From contig CAVXWW010000004.1 in the NCBI GenBank assembly GCA_963765545.1, positions 1,667,923 through 1,731,922 of the forward strand: DNA of 64,000 nt. Reading direction: 5' to 3'. The notes below the pieces were generated by a model. It had not been told where the DNA came from, searched no databases, and was given only the letters and a program-made list of their open reading frames with translations. Each line of letters begins with the position of its first letter. Position 1 is the first letter of the stretch. The position numbers and the translations under genes were made by a program. The DNA is from an uncultured Gammaproteobacteria bacterium. GTDB taxonomy: Bacteria; Pseudomonadota; Gammaproteobacteria; Pseudomonadales; Halieaceae. Below are positions 42,113 to 51,822 of this stretch, piece after piece.

Positions 42113-42535
42113 ATGTTTGCATACACTACACCCCTGATCGGCGGGTTGCTGATTGGCGCGGCATCGGTCGCCCTGATGTTCTTACTGGGCCGCATCGCAG
42201 GTATTGCCGGCATTGTATGGGGCGCCGTATCGGCGCAGCCCGACAACGCCTGGCGCTGGCTGTTTATCGTCGGACTTGTTGTCGGCCCGCTTCTCTACCA
42301 CTTGCTGTCGGGGGCGCCAAACCCACCGCCAAGCCAGCTGCCGTGGTGGCAGGCGGTCGCGGGCGGCCTGCTGGTAGGTATCGGTGTCAGGCTGGGAAGC
42401 GGTTGTACCAGTGGTCACGGCGTCTGCGGCATAGGGCGACTGTCACCGCGCTCGCTGGCGGCGACCTGCACCTTTATGGTGACCGGGATCGCTACTGTGT
42501 TCGTCATACGCCATCTGCTGGGAGACCTGCTATGA
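42113..42535 (+). CDS. YeeE/YedE-family sulfur-compound transporter half-protein
   Basis: 140 aa with 4 TM. GSGCTSGHGVCG motif. Confidence 0.8.
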   Translation: MFAYTTPLIGGLLIGAASVALMFLLGRIAGIAGIVWGAVSAQPDNAWRWLFIVGLVVGPLLYHLLSGAPNPPPSQLPWWQAVAGGLLVGIGVRLGSGCTSGHGVCGIGRLSPRSLAATCTFMVTGIATVFVIRHLLGDLL

Positions 42536-42942
42536 AAGCGCTGGTAGGGCTGCTCTGCGGCATCGTATTCGGGGTCGGGCTGGCCATGTCCGGCATGACG
42601 GACACAGCCAAGGTACTCGGCTTCCTCGACGTGACAGGCCACTGGATCCCCGACCTGGCCTTCGTTATGGGGGGCGCCGTGCTGGTTACCCTGATCGCAT
42701 TTCGCTTTATCCCCAAACTGAAGCGTCCGGCATTGAACCCGCGCTTTTACCTGCCGGCCACCACCGTCATCGACGGCCGCCTGCTAGGTGGCGCCGCAAT
42801 CTTTGGCATAGGTTGGGGCGTGTATGGCTATTGTCCTGGGCCCGCCATCTCTGCCCTCACCTACCAGGATGAAAAAACCGCGATGTTCGTGGTCGCCATG
42901 CTGGTAGGCATGGCACTGACAAACAAGCTGGCGCCGGGCTGA
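42532..42942 (+). CDS. YeeE/YedE-related (DUF6691-type) partner half-protein
   Basis: Start MKALVGLLCGIVFGVGLAMSGMT at ATG 42532, with an ATGA overlap on the upstream stop. GYCPGPA motif. The track ORF start at 42217 is rejected. Confidence 0.8.
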   Translation: MKALVGLLCGIVFGVGLAMSGMTDTAKVLGFLDVTGHWIPDLAFVMGGAVLVTLIAFRFIPKLKRPALNPRFYLPATTVIDGRLLGGAAIFGIGWGVYGYCPGPAISALTYQDEKTAMFVVAMLVGMALTNKLAPG

Positions 42943-43020
42943 ACCACGCCGGCTCCATGTGCCCGGGGCTCGCCTGCAACACGGTGTTGCAGGCAGTCTC
43001 TCCCTGCTAGACTCCACGTT

Positions 43021-44460
43021 ATGGATTTACAGCTGCTCACGACGCTTGTCGCTGTCGCCCTGGTTCTGGTCTACGTAATAGCGATCGTCTCGGCACTGGA
43101 AGCGATCCTGAACGCGCGCACCTCACAGGGAGCCGTCGCGTGGACAATCTCCCTTCTCACCCTCCCGTACCTGGCGGTTCCGCTATACCTGGTATTCGGG
43201 CGCAACAAGTTTGATGGCTACCTCGAGCAGCGCGATGAAATCGAGCGCGAGACCCTGGAGCTTATCCGTAAAACCAGCGGCATGATCGAACAGCACATTG
43301 TGCCCGTAACAGACGATACTCCGCTGTATGCGAGCCTCTTCAAGCTGGCGCGAATGCCGGCTACCACCGGCAACAAGGTTGAATTACTGATCAACGGCCA
43401 GCAGACGTTTGAAAGTATCCTGACGGGCCTGGCCGGCGCGCAGAACTATATCCTGTTCCAGTTCTATATCATCCGGGACGACGACCTGGGCAGGCGCCTG
43501 TGCAGGGTGCTGGCAGACAAGGCAAGAGCCGGAGTCAAGGTATTCCTGTTGTACGACGAAATCGGCAGCCGCAAATTTCCGAACACGCGGCTGCACCGAC
43601 AACTCGAGATGGCCGGGGTAAAAGTTTCTGCATTCAATACCACCCAGGGGCGACGCAATCGATTTCAGCTCAATTTTCGCAACCACCGCAAGAACGTGGT
43701 CGTCGATGGACGCTGTGCCTGGATAGGGGGCCACAATGTTGGCAACGAATACCTTGGCCTGAACAAACGGGTCGGCCATTGGCGGGATACCCACACGCGG
43801 GTAGAGGGTCCAGCCGTGCTGGGAGCCATCCTGGCATTCTCCACGGACTGGCGCTGGGCGACCCGCTCGACCATGGATATCAGCTGGGATTTCTTTGATA
43901 CGAACAGAGGTGGGAGCACCGTGCTGGTATTTCCCTCTGATCCCGCCAGCGAGTACGATGAAGCGGGCCTGATGTACCACCAGGCTATCGCGTCAGCCAC
44001 CCAACGTATCTGGATTGCCAGCCCTTACTTTGTACCCGACCACGGTATCGTGTCAGCACTGCAACTGGCAGCGCTGCGCGGGGTCGATGTGCGGGTGTTG
44101 ATCCCCGACGAACCCGACGGGCCGGTGGTCGCGATGGCGAACTGGTCCTACACCCGCGACCTGTTGCCCACCGGGGTAAAGGTTTACCGTTACCAGGGTG
44201 GCTTCATGCACCAGAAAGTACTGTTGATGGATGATCACATCGCAGGGGTCGGCACCGCCAACTTCGACAACCGCTCTTTTCGCCTGAATTTCGAGGTAAC
44301 CCTGCTGGTGGACGACCCGGTTTTTGCGTCCCAGGTAGACCAGATGCTGCAGGCAGACATGCGTCGCAGCCGCCAGGTCAGCACCCAGGAAATGGAGAAC
44401 AAGCCAGTGTGGTTTCCCCTTGCCATGGGGATCGCGAGACTGTTCTCACCCATGCTGTAG
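43021..44460 (+). CDS. cls: cardiolipin synthase (PLD superfamily)
   Basis: 479 aa. Two N-terminal TM helices and two HKD motifs (HRKNVVVDG, HQKVLLMDD). Confidence 0.93.
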   Translation: MDLQLLTTLVAVALVLVYVIAIVSALEAILNARTSQGAVAWTISLLTLPYLAVPLYLVFGRNKFDGYLEQRDEIERETLELIRKTSGMIEQHIVPVTDDTPLYASLFKLARMPATTGNKVELLINGQQTFESILTGLAGAQNYILFQFYIIRDDDLGRRLCRVLADKARAGVKVFLLYDEIGSRKFPNTRLHRQLEMAGVKVSAFNTTQGRRNRFQLNFRNHRKNVVVDGRCAWIGGHNVGNEYLGLNKRVGHWRDTHTRVEGPAVLGAILAFSTDWRWATRSTMDISWDFFDTNRGGSTVLVFPSDPASEYDEAGLMYHQAIASATQRIWIASPYFVPDHGIVSALQLAALRGVDVRVLIPDEPDGPVVAMANWSYTRDLLPTGVKVYRYQGGFMHQKVLLMDDHIAGVGTANFDNRSFRLNFEVTLLVDDPVFASQVDQMLQADMRRSRQVSTQEMENKPVWFPLAMGIARLFSPML

Positions 44461-44524
44461 ACTCAGATCGAGCATGCAGTGATTTTGCTGCAAACCCGAC
44501 TTCCGCCCAAGGAGAAAAGAACCC

Positions 44525-44872
44525 ATGCTGGGATTTTTCATTATTTTGCTCACCTGCCAGCTGCTGGGTGAGGTGTTGGTCATAGCCACCGGCGCTCCGG
44601 TGCCGGGCCCGGTAATCGGTATGGCCATACTGTTTGCGGGCCTGGTAGTGCGCGGCGGCATCCCGACTGGCCTGGATGATACGGGGGACGCGCTGCTTTC
44701 ACACCTGTCTTTATTGTTTGTGCCGGCCGGCGTGGGTGTCATGCTGCATGCGCAACTGATCGGCACCGAGTTACTGCCCATTGCCGGCTCGGTAATCGTC
44801 AGCACCATGTTTACCATCGTGGTGACCGCCTGGATTATGCAGCTACTGGTTCGAAAAAGGGCTGAAAAATGA
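44525..44872 (+). CDS. CidA/LrgA-family membrane protein
   Basis: 115 aa with 4 TM. Overlaps the LrgB-like gene by 4 nt. Confidence 0.85.
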   Translation: MLGFFIILLTCQLLGEVLVIATGAPVPGPVIGMAILFAGLVVRGGIPTGLDDTGDALLSHLSLLFVPAGVGVMLHAQLIGTELLPIAGSVIVSTMFTIVVTAWIMQLLVRKRAEK

Positions 44873-45588
44873 ACCAGGAACTACAGGCGATCTGGGTTTA
44901 TCTCGCAGCCAGTCCACTGCTGACCCTGACCCTGACCCTGGTCGCCTACCAGGGCGGAATCTGGCTCTACAACAAAAGCGGCAACAACCCCCTGGTGAAC
45001 CCCGTGCTGATCGCCGTCGTGGTGATCGTAGGCCTGCTGCTGCTGACTGGAACCGATTACCACACGTACTTCGAAGGGGCACAGTTCATTCACTTCCTGC
45101 TGGGGCCCGCTACCGTGGCACTGGCTATTCCGCTGTACCGACAGATCCAGAGCGTGCGGGAATCATGGCTGGCGATCACCGTGACTGTGCTGTCGGGTTC
45201 GCTGGCTGCGGCCATCAGCAGTGTCGGCATTGCCTGGCTGCTGGGCGCATCACGCCTGACCCTGCTGTCGCTGGCGCCAAAATCCGTCACCACCCCGGTT
45301 GCCATGGGAATCGCCGAGCAACTGGGAGGGCTGCCTACTCTCACGGCTGTGGTTGTGATACTCAGTGGCATTACCGGAGCCATGACCGCGAGCGGCTTGC
45401 TGAAACTGGTGCGTATTCGCGACGCGCGCGCCAGTGGCCTGGCGATAGGTATTGCCTCCCACGGCATTGGCACCGCGAGGGCTTTCCAGATAAACGAGGT
45501 GACCGGTGCCTTTTCCGGCCTTGCGATGGGCCTGAATGCGCTGGCGACAGCGATACTGCTGCCAGTTCTCTTTCAGCTGTTGGGCTGA
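44869..45588 (+). CDS. CidB/LrgB-family membrane protein
   Basis: 239 aa and polytopic. SLAPKSVTTPVAMGIAE motif. Confidence 0.88.
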   Translation: MNQELQAIWVYLAASPLLTLTLTLVAYQGGIWLYNKSGNNPLVNPVLIAVVVIVGLLLLTGTDYHTYFEGAQFIHFLLGPATVALAIPLYRQIQSVRESWLAITVTVLSGSLAAAISSVGIAWLLGASRLTLLSLAPKSVTTPVAMGIAEQLGGLPTLTAVVVILSGITGAMTASGLLKLVRIRDARASGLAIGIASHGIGTARAFQINEVTGAFSGLAMGLNALATAILLPVLFQLLG

Positions 45589-45594
45589 GTGACG

Positions 45595-46950
45595 CTAGCC
45601 GGTCACGCCCACGATGAAAATCACCAGCAGCACCGGCGGCACAACAAACCGTATGAGGAAATGCCATATCTCGTAGGTAACTGCGTTGAGCCCGGTGAGC
45701 TCATCACGGGTCGCCGACTTCTTGACGGCCCAACCGGCGAATATCGCAATCAACAGGCCTCCCACCGGCAGCAGGACCTTGGTTGAAAAATAGTCCAGGG
45801 CATCGTTGAAGTTGTTACCAGCCAGGGTGAAGTCACTGATCATATTGTAAGACAGCGCGCTGATCACGCTAAGCACAGCGATGGAACCGATAACCAGTAC
45901 TGCACTCTTGTGCCGGGCAATACCGTAGCGTTCTTCCACCCAGAAGTTGACCGACTCCACCAGCCCGACCATGGAAGTAATGCCCGCCACAGCGAGCATC
46001 AGGAAAAACAGTATGCTGAAAAGATGGCCGCCCGGCATCTGGGCAAATGCCACCGGCAGGGTGTGAAAGATCAATCCCGCACCCTCGGCCGGATCCAGCC
46101 CGTTGTGGAAAACGGCGGGGAAAATGACAAGGCCGGCCAGTATTGCGACTCCTGTATCGGCCACCACAATAATAAGCACCGACTGGGTGATCGAAATCGA
46201 CCTTGGCAGGTAGGAACCGTAGGTCATCATACCGCCCATGGCGACACCGATAGAGAAAAATGCCTGGCTGACAGCCGCCAGTACGGTAGTGGGTCCGATC
46301 TTGCTGAAATCCGGGGTAAACAGCCAGGTTATCGCCTCATCGAAGCCACCGGCGAAGTAATTGTAGGTTGCCAGGCACACCAGCAGCAGGAACATCAGTG
46401 GCATCATCACCACGACCGCCCGCTCAATGCCGTTCTTCACACCTGAGTAGATAATAAAACCGGTGATAGCCAGCCCTACCAGGGTCCAGAACACCATGCC
46501 GACATTGTTGCCAAGCACCGCATCAAACTGGGCACTGGCGGCTGCCCCGTCCACGTCGGCAAAACCGGTAGTAGCCGCCTTGAACAGGTACCACAGTACC
46601 CAACCCACCACTACTGCGTAGACGATCTCAATGGTGTAGGCCGCCAGCAATCCCATGCCGCCCACACCGGCCCATAAGCGCGACCTGCCACTCTCGGCCG
46701 CGACAGCGGCCATTGCGGCCGGAGGACTGCCCTGCCCTCGCCTACCTATCAGTATCTCCGATACCAGGATGGGGACACCAATGCCAAAGGCACAGGCCAG
46801 GTAGACCAGCACGAAAGCCGCACCGCCGTTCTCACCGGCCACGTAGGGAAAGCGCCAGATATTACCCAGGCCGACCGCGAACCCGACCGACGCCATGAGA
46901 AACGAAAAGCGTGATGACCAATGCGACTGCGCGCCACCTGCTGCAGACAT
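45595..46950 (-). CDS. sodium-dependent transporter, neurotransmitter:sodium symporter (SNF) family
   Basis: 451 aa. GLGNIWRFPY motif. About 11-12 TM. Confidence 0.9.
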   Translation of the reverse strand: MSAAGGAQSHWSSRFSFLMASVGFAVGLGNIWRFPYVAGENGGAAFVLVYLACAFGIGVPILVSEILIGRRGQGSPPAAMAAVAAESGRSRLWAGVGGMGLLAAYTIEIVYAVVVGWVLWYLFKAATTGFADVDGAAASAQFDAVLGNNVGMVFWTLVGLAITGFIIYSGVKNGIERAVVVMMPLMFLLLVCLATYNYFAGGFDEAITWLFTPDFSKIGPTTVLAAVSQAFFSIGVAMGGMMTYGSYLPRSISITQSVLIIVVADTGVAILAGLVIFPAVFHNGLDPAEGAGLIFHTLPVAFAQMPGGHLFSILFFLMLAVAGITSMVGLVESVNFWVEERYGIARHKSAVLVIGSIAVLSVISALSYNMISDFTLAGNNFNDALDYFSTKVLLPVGGLLIAIFAGWAVKKSATRDELTGLNAVTYEIWHFLIRFVVPPVLLVIFIVGVTG

Positions 46951-47030
46951 CGCTGTATCCCCAAAGTTGTTGTTATGCGATCAGTCTACACAATTCGCCG
47001 CACGTAATCAGCCGATATGCCTACAAGGGA

Positions 47031-48821
47031 TCAGGCAGCTACGGGTCGGGTAGCGTGCTCCAGCCATGCCAGGTCGCTGCCGTCCAGCAGCGGGCTGATG
47101 ACCTCGGCCACGCGTTGGTGGTAACTGTTCAGCCAGTCGAGTTCCGCGCGACTCAGCAGGCTGGCATCCAGCAGCCGCAGGTCAAAAGGCACAAGGGTAA
47201 TGGCCTCGAACTCCAGCATGGCCTGCTCTTCATCGGTGCGAGAGGACTCGCGTACCACCACCAGGTTTTCGCAGCGAATACCAAAGCCGTCCGCCCGGTA
47301 ATAGCCAGGCTCATTACTGACAATCATGCCCGGTGCCAGTGCCGTGGCATTGGCTGCCTTGCCAATACGCTGGGGACCTTCGTGCACACTCAGGAAGACG
47401 CCTACACCGTGCCCCGTTCCGTGATCATAATCAAAGCCCTCCTGCCACAGGAACTGGCGGGCCAGGATGTCCAGTTGCGTGCCGGTGGTTCCCACCGGAA
47501 AGCGCGCAAGGTCCAGTGCGATATGACCCTTGAGCACCAGGGTAAACATTCGTCGAATATCCTCACCGGGATCACCAATCGCTACGGTGCGCGTGATATC
47601 CGTGGTGCCATCAAGATACTGGCCGCCGCTGTCTATGAGATAAACGCTATTCATGGGCAGGCTCGCGGGACTTGCCACATTCAGGTGATTGTAGTGACAC
47701 ATGGCCGCGTTGGGTCCGGCGGCGGAGATTGAGTCAAATGATACATCCTGGAAGTATTCGCCTTGCTCACGAAACGCCAGCAGCTGCCTGGCCAGGGTGT
47801 CCTCGTCGTGCAGTCGGCCGGCGTCTACCTCGCTATCCAACCAGCACAGAAAGCGCACCTCGGCTACCGCGTCACGAATATGGGCATTGCAGCTGCCTTT
47901 GATTTCCACCGCATTTTTGCACGCCTTGGGCAGCAGAACAGGATCGCTGCCGGCAATAAGTGTGGCACCACTGCTTTCCAGCGCAAGCTGACTCCAGGCA
48001 TTTGCCGTGTCCGGATCTGCAAGAACAGTGCGGCCGCTATAGCTGGCCAGGACGGAGGCCGCGTCAGCCTCGGGGAGAACGGTCACCCCCTCACCCACAT
48101 GGGCAGCAATGCCCTCGGGCACTCTGGCGGGATCTGCCAACAGGGTCGCTTGCCCGTTCGCCTCCAGTAGCGCCATAGCCTGCACCACCGGTAACTTGGG
48201 TATGTCAGTACCGCGAATATTGAACAGCCAGCTGACCGAATCCGGTGCAAATATAAGCGCAGCCTGTGCGCCTTTCTCGGCAATCAGCGCGCCAATGCGC
48301 TGCCGCTTGGCGAGACTGGACTCGCCCGTGAATTGCTCCTCCAACAACAGGGCAGCACTCACCTGCGGCTCCGGCCTGTCCTGCCAGCACAGGTCGATCA
48401 GGTTTTGAGTAGTGGCAGACAGTTCCAGCCCGGCAGCTGCCAGCGTCTCGCAAGTGTCCCGGTACCAACGCAGGCTGTGCATCCGGGTATCGCAGGCCAC
48501 GACCGCACCAGTGCGTAAATGCGCCGCCAGCCAGGCATCGTGCGGATCATCACCGAGGTGGCAATACTCAAACAGCTCCGGGGAGACTTCCTGCCGCACC
48601 TGCACGGTGTAACGACCATCGACAAAAATCGCCGCCTTCTCGGCGGTTACCAGCACGAAACCCGCTGAACCGGTAAAACCGGACAGCCAGCGCAGCCGTT
48701 CATTATGGGCGGGAATGTATTCTCCCAGGTACTCGTCTGCCCGCGGCACTACCAGTGCATCACAGCCAGCGGCCTTCATCTGCTCACGCACGGCGTCAAG
48801 CCGCCCGGCAATCAAATCCAT
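47031..48821 (-). CDS. M24-family aminopeptidase P (Xaa-Pro aminopeptidase, long form)
   Basis: 596 aa. Creatinase-like N-terminal domains and pita-bread metal ligands (DSGGQY, DITRT, HGTGHGVG, NEPGYY). Confidence 0.9.
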   Translation of the reverse strand: MDLIAGRLDAVREQMKAAGCDALVVPRADEYLGEYIPAHNERLRWLSGFTGSAGFVLVTAEKAAIFVDGRYTVQVRQEVSPELFEYCHLGDDPHDAWLAAHLRTGAVVACDTRMHSLRWYRDTCETLAAAGLELSATTQNLIDLCWQDRPEPQVSAALLLEEQFTGESSLAKRQRIGALIAEKGAQAALIFAPDSVSWLFNIRGTDIPKLPVVQAMALLEANGQATLLADPARVPEGIAAHVGEGVTVLPEADAASVLASYSGRTVLADPDTANAWSQLALESSGATLIAGSDPVLLPKACKNAVEIKGSCNAHIRDAVAEVRFLCWLDSEVDAGRLHDEDTLARQLLAFREQGEYFQDVSFDSISAAGPNAAMCHYNHLNVASPASLPMNSVYLIDSGGQYLDGTTDITRTVAIGDPGEDIRRMFTLVLKGHIALDLARFPVGTTGTQLDILARQFLWQEGFDYDHGTGHGVGVFLSVHEGPQRIGKAANATALAPGMIVSNEPGYYRADGFGIRCENLVVVRESSRTDEEQAMLEFEAITLVPFDLRLLDASLLSRAELDWLNSYHQRVAEVISPLLDGSDLAWLEHATRPVAA

Positions 48822-48934
48822 CGTAGAATCCTGTATTTAGCTTCAAGTAAGTGGCCGCCAGTGTACCTGAACCTGGCTGGCGAACCGAAAAGCGATACCA
48901 GCAAGGCGGGGGCAACCGGGCCTGGAGTCCCGGT

Positions 48935-50308
48935 TTACAAACCGGGTTTGCGGGTAAGCGAGACCGCGAGTTCCCTCGCGGCCTGAAGCTTGGCCCGAAA
49001 CTCGGGATTACGCGCGGCGCTGGCCACTGGCTGGCTTGAAAACCAGGCCATTACCGTATCGGCGCTACGGTTGATATAAATGACCTGGCCATGAATACCG
49101 ACCGCGCAGTACTCCCCAGCCTGGGCATCCAGAATCCACCACATATTGTGGTATGCCGACCAGGGCTCCTCACCATACTTCGGGTTGGCCGCCATATTGG
49201 CCTTGAGCTGCTCGCTGATACTGAGGGTGGCATCCACCCAACTGGCGGGAATGACCTGGCTACCGGCGAATTCACCCCGGTCGCGGATCATCATGCCGAA
49301 ACGCGCCGCATCGCGCAGCGTGGTATTCATGCCACCCGTGGCAACCGGCACCAGGGCACGGTCCACCACCAGGTAGGCATCGTGCTCGGTTCCCAGTCTG
49401 GCCCACAGGTTCTGCTGGATAAAGTTCTGCAGCGGCTGGCCACTGATCCTCGCGATCAGCCAGCCCAGCACATCGGCATTGCTGGAGTTATAGTCAAAGG
49501 CGCCACCCGGGGCAATGGCCCGGTCGGGCTTGATGAACTTCACCAGGAAATCCTGCACCCCGAAGATCTCGGCATTGTCGGGTTGCACATCTGCCGCGCC
49601 AGGCAGCCAGCCCATACTCAGGGCGGGAGCGTAGAAGCGGAAAAAGTCCGACTCGGGATCTGTGTAATCCTCCTTGAAGTCGATTGCCGTCGCGTGATCC
49701 AGCACCTGCTGTATGGTCACTCGCTCGAAGCCACTGCCTTTCAACTCCGGAATATATTTGGCCGGGGAGGCGTCCAGATCGACCTTGCCGGCCTCCACCA
49801 ACAGGCCGAAGGCGGCGCTGACCAGTGATTTGGTCATGGAGAACCAGATGTGCTGGCTGCGTTCATTAAAGTCGTGAAAATAGGCTTCATGCAGCAATCG
49901 ACTGCCCTGCATCACCAGCACACCATCGGCGTAATTGGCCTCGAACAGCGCATCGAAACTCAGTTCCTGCCCCCGATCGGTAAAAACCCGCTCCCCCAGC
50001 TCAGGGCGAAGGGGGCCCGGCAGCGCACGGATCTCGCCCTGCCTGGGGACCATTACCGTATTGAGCACAGCTCCGGCGTTGTGAAACGCCCACATACTCA
50101 TGGGATAGTCGCGGTAGTTCGCCATGGTGACCTGGGATTCCCGGCTGGGGGGTATACCCTGCATCGGTTCGGCCGCCGGCTCTTCTGCGGCAATAGCGTG
50201 TGGGCCAACTGACAAGGCCAGCAACGCGGTTGCCAGCAGTGCCCGTGCACACAAGGCATGGCGTCCTTGCGCGAAACGGAATTGCACCGGCTGCCGGCTT
50301 GTCAACAT
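48935..50308 (-). CDS. serine hydrolase, beta-lactamase/transpeptidase-like family (secreted)
   Basis: Start MLTSRQPVQF at ATG 50308 with a signal peptide (ALLALSVGPHAIA). SxxK motif FSMTKS. The track start at 50440 overlaps the rubredoxin gene in another frame. Confidence 0.85.
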   Translation of the reverse strand: MLTSRQPVQFRFAQGRHALCARALLATALLALSVGPHAIAAEEPAAEPMQGIPPSRESQVTMANYRDYPMSMWAFHNAGAVLNTVMVPRQGEIRALPGPLRPELGERVFTDRGQELSFDALFEANYADGVLVMQGSRLLHEAYFHDFNERSQHIWFSMTKSLVSAAFGLLVEAGKVDLDASPAKYIPELKGSGFERVTIQQVLDHATAIDFKEDYTDPESDFFRFYAPALSMGWLPGAADVQPDNAEIFGVQDFLVKFIKPDRAIAPGGAFDYNSSNADVLGWLIARISGQPLQNFIQQNLWARLGTEHDAYLVVDRALVPVATGGMNTTLRDAARFGMMIRDRGEFAGSQVIPASWVDATLSISEQLKANMAANPKYGEEPWSAYHNMWWILDAQAGEYCAVGIHGQVIYINRSADTVMAWFSSQPVASAARNPEFRAKLQAARELAVSLTRKPGL

Positions 50309-50312
50309 ACAG

Positions 50313-50492
50313 CTAGGCCTCCATGGGTTCGAAATCGGCCTTGGAAATACCACAGTCCGGGCACTCCCAGTCCTCCGGCAAATCCTCAAACCGGGTACCC
50401 GCGGGGATATCATCCTCCGGCAGGCCCTCTGCCTCATCATAGATGAATCCGCAAATTACACACTCCCACTTCCGGTAACCACTATCAGCCAT
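50313..50492 (-). CDS. rubredoxin
   Basis: 59 aa, so below the track cutoff. Manual translation: [59 protein letters not shown]. Both Cys pairs are present (CVIC, CPDCG). The stop lies 4 nt before the serine-hydrolase ATG. Confidence 0.9.
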   Translation of the reverse strand: MADSGYRKWECVICGFIYDEAEGLPEDDIPAGTRFEDLPEDWECPDCGISKADFEPMEA

Positions 50493-50602
50493 TGCCCGTT
50501 TTCCTTGTTGACGTTGGAGGAAAGATTATAGAGGAGCTTTGCAGCGGTGGTCGAACTTCACGGTAGCTGCGACTGAACCAATCGCGATCCAGTCCTGGCA
50601 AA

Positions 50603-51355
50603 CTAGAATTCGCCATTCAACTTGAGCCTGTAACCACCCTCCACCGGACGCGCCATCAGGCTGAGTGCCTGCTGCAAGCGCTCATCCAGTCCATTCTCGC
50701 CCACTAAAAGGATGTCGATATTATAAGACTTGCCCTGCAGCTGAACCGTCCCCTCTGCGCTGACCTCACCCGCCAGGGTCACCACCTCTCCCAACAGAGC
50801 CGCCCCCTCTGCCTGCTGGAAATCCAGGGCATAGCTACCCAATGGCAGGGGGCCTGAGGGCGCATTCCAGCCCCCGCCCTGCCAGACCAGGCGACCGGCT
50901 CCCTCGACAGGCAGGCCATCGCGAACAGACAGCTGCTGCAGTTGCACGGACAGTGCCCCCGAGAGACTGACGGGCACAAACTGGCGCAGCAGGTCTGCCG
51001 GGATACTCGCCTCCAGGTCGTGGATATCAACATCGTCGCCACCCCGCAAAACGAGCCCGGTAGCAAGGGTCTGGTTACCCCACTTCGAATCCAGGGTCAG
51101 CCGGGGCGCAAACAACAGCAGGGAGAGGGGGTTCAGCTCCCAACTCACAGCACCGAGATGGAGGTAGCCCGCAGGGGTACTGGCCAGGCAGCGACTCGCG
51201 CTTCCGCGCCATAAAGTGCCGTTGAAGCCCTGCATCACCAGCTCGTCCCCGGGCAGCAAGAGCCCCAACAATCTCGCGGGGATGGTCAGCACCAGGCAGA
51301 TCAGCAACAGCAAGGTCAGGGCGACAACCCTGAGTGTTCGGGACATGGTTATCAC
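50603..51355 (-). CDS. gspN: type II secretion system protein N
   Basis: 250 aa with an N-terminal TM helix. Last gene of the gsp operon. Overlaps gspM by 4 nt. Confidence 0.8.
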   Translation of the reverse strand: MITMSRTLRVVALTLLLLICLVLTIPARLLGLLLPGDELVMQGFNGTLWRGSASRCLASTPAGYLHLGAVSWELNPLSLLLFAPRLTLDSKWGNQTLATGLVLRGGDDVDIHDLEASIPADLLRQFVPVSLSGALSVQLQQLSVRDGLPVEGAGRLVWQGGGWNAPSGPLPLGSYALDFQQAEGAALLGEVVTLAGEVSAEGTVQLQGKSYNIDILLVGENGLDERLQQALSLMARPVEGGYRLKLNGEF

Positions 51356-51822
51356 GCCTGGGAGATACGGATGGTGGCATTGACCCGGCCGACATTCCCG
51401 CTGCGGGTAATAGCGATCTCGGTGACCAACAGTCCCTCGCGGTTTTCTACCTCATCGAGCCAGGCCACGACATCGTCAAACACGGCATTTTCAAGGCGTA
51501 CCTGGATGTCTCCCCGGCTGTTGGGTTGCAGGCGGCTGACCTGTAATCCATGTCTGCCGGTAGACTGGTTTACCAGTGATGTCAGGTTGCGCCGGGAAGC
51601 ACTGGCGCCGCCCCCTTCACGCAGGCGGATTATTTCGGACACCATGGCATCCACCCGCTGCAGGCTCTGGGCCACTGCCTCATTCTGCACCTCCAGTTGC
51701 GCGCGCCGTTCGGCCAACGGCGCCCAGGCAACCATGTAGAGCAGGTAAAGGACCAGGGCGATACCGAGCACAAGCAGGCTAACCTGTTCCCGTTGGTCAA
51801 GTCCGGCAAACCACTCCTTCAC
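51352..51822 (-). CDS. gspM: type II secretion system protein M
   Basis: 156 aa, single TM. Position and size are typical. Confidence 0.85.
   Translation of the reverse strand: MKEWFAGLDQREQVSLLVLGIALVLYLLYMVAWAPLAERRAQLEVQNEAVAQSLQRVDAMVSEIIRLREGGGASASRRNLTSLVNQSTGRHGLQVSRLQPNSRGDIQVRLENAVFDDVVAWLDEVENREGLLVTEIAITRSGNVGRVNATIRISQA

Noticed and set aside
44525-45588. The LrgA/LrgB-like pair next to cls as a phage holin/antiholin lysis cassette.
   Set aside because: There is no endolysin, no spanin and no other phage gene nearby. Chromosomal CidAB/LrgAB-family pairs are common housekeeping transporters.
48935-50440. The full 501-aa ORF as the serine hydrolase gene.
   Set aside because: The N-terminal 44 codons overlap the rubredoxin gene in another frame and are Arg-rich. 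Met45 (ATG 50308) gives a normal signal peptide.
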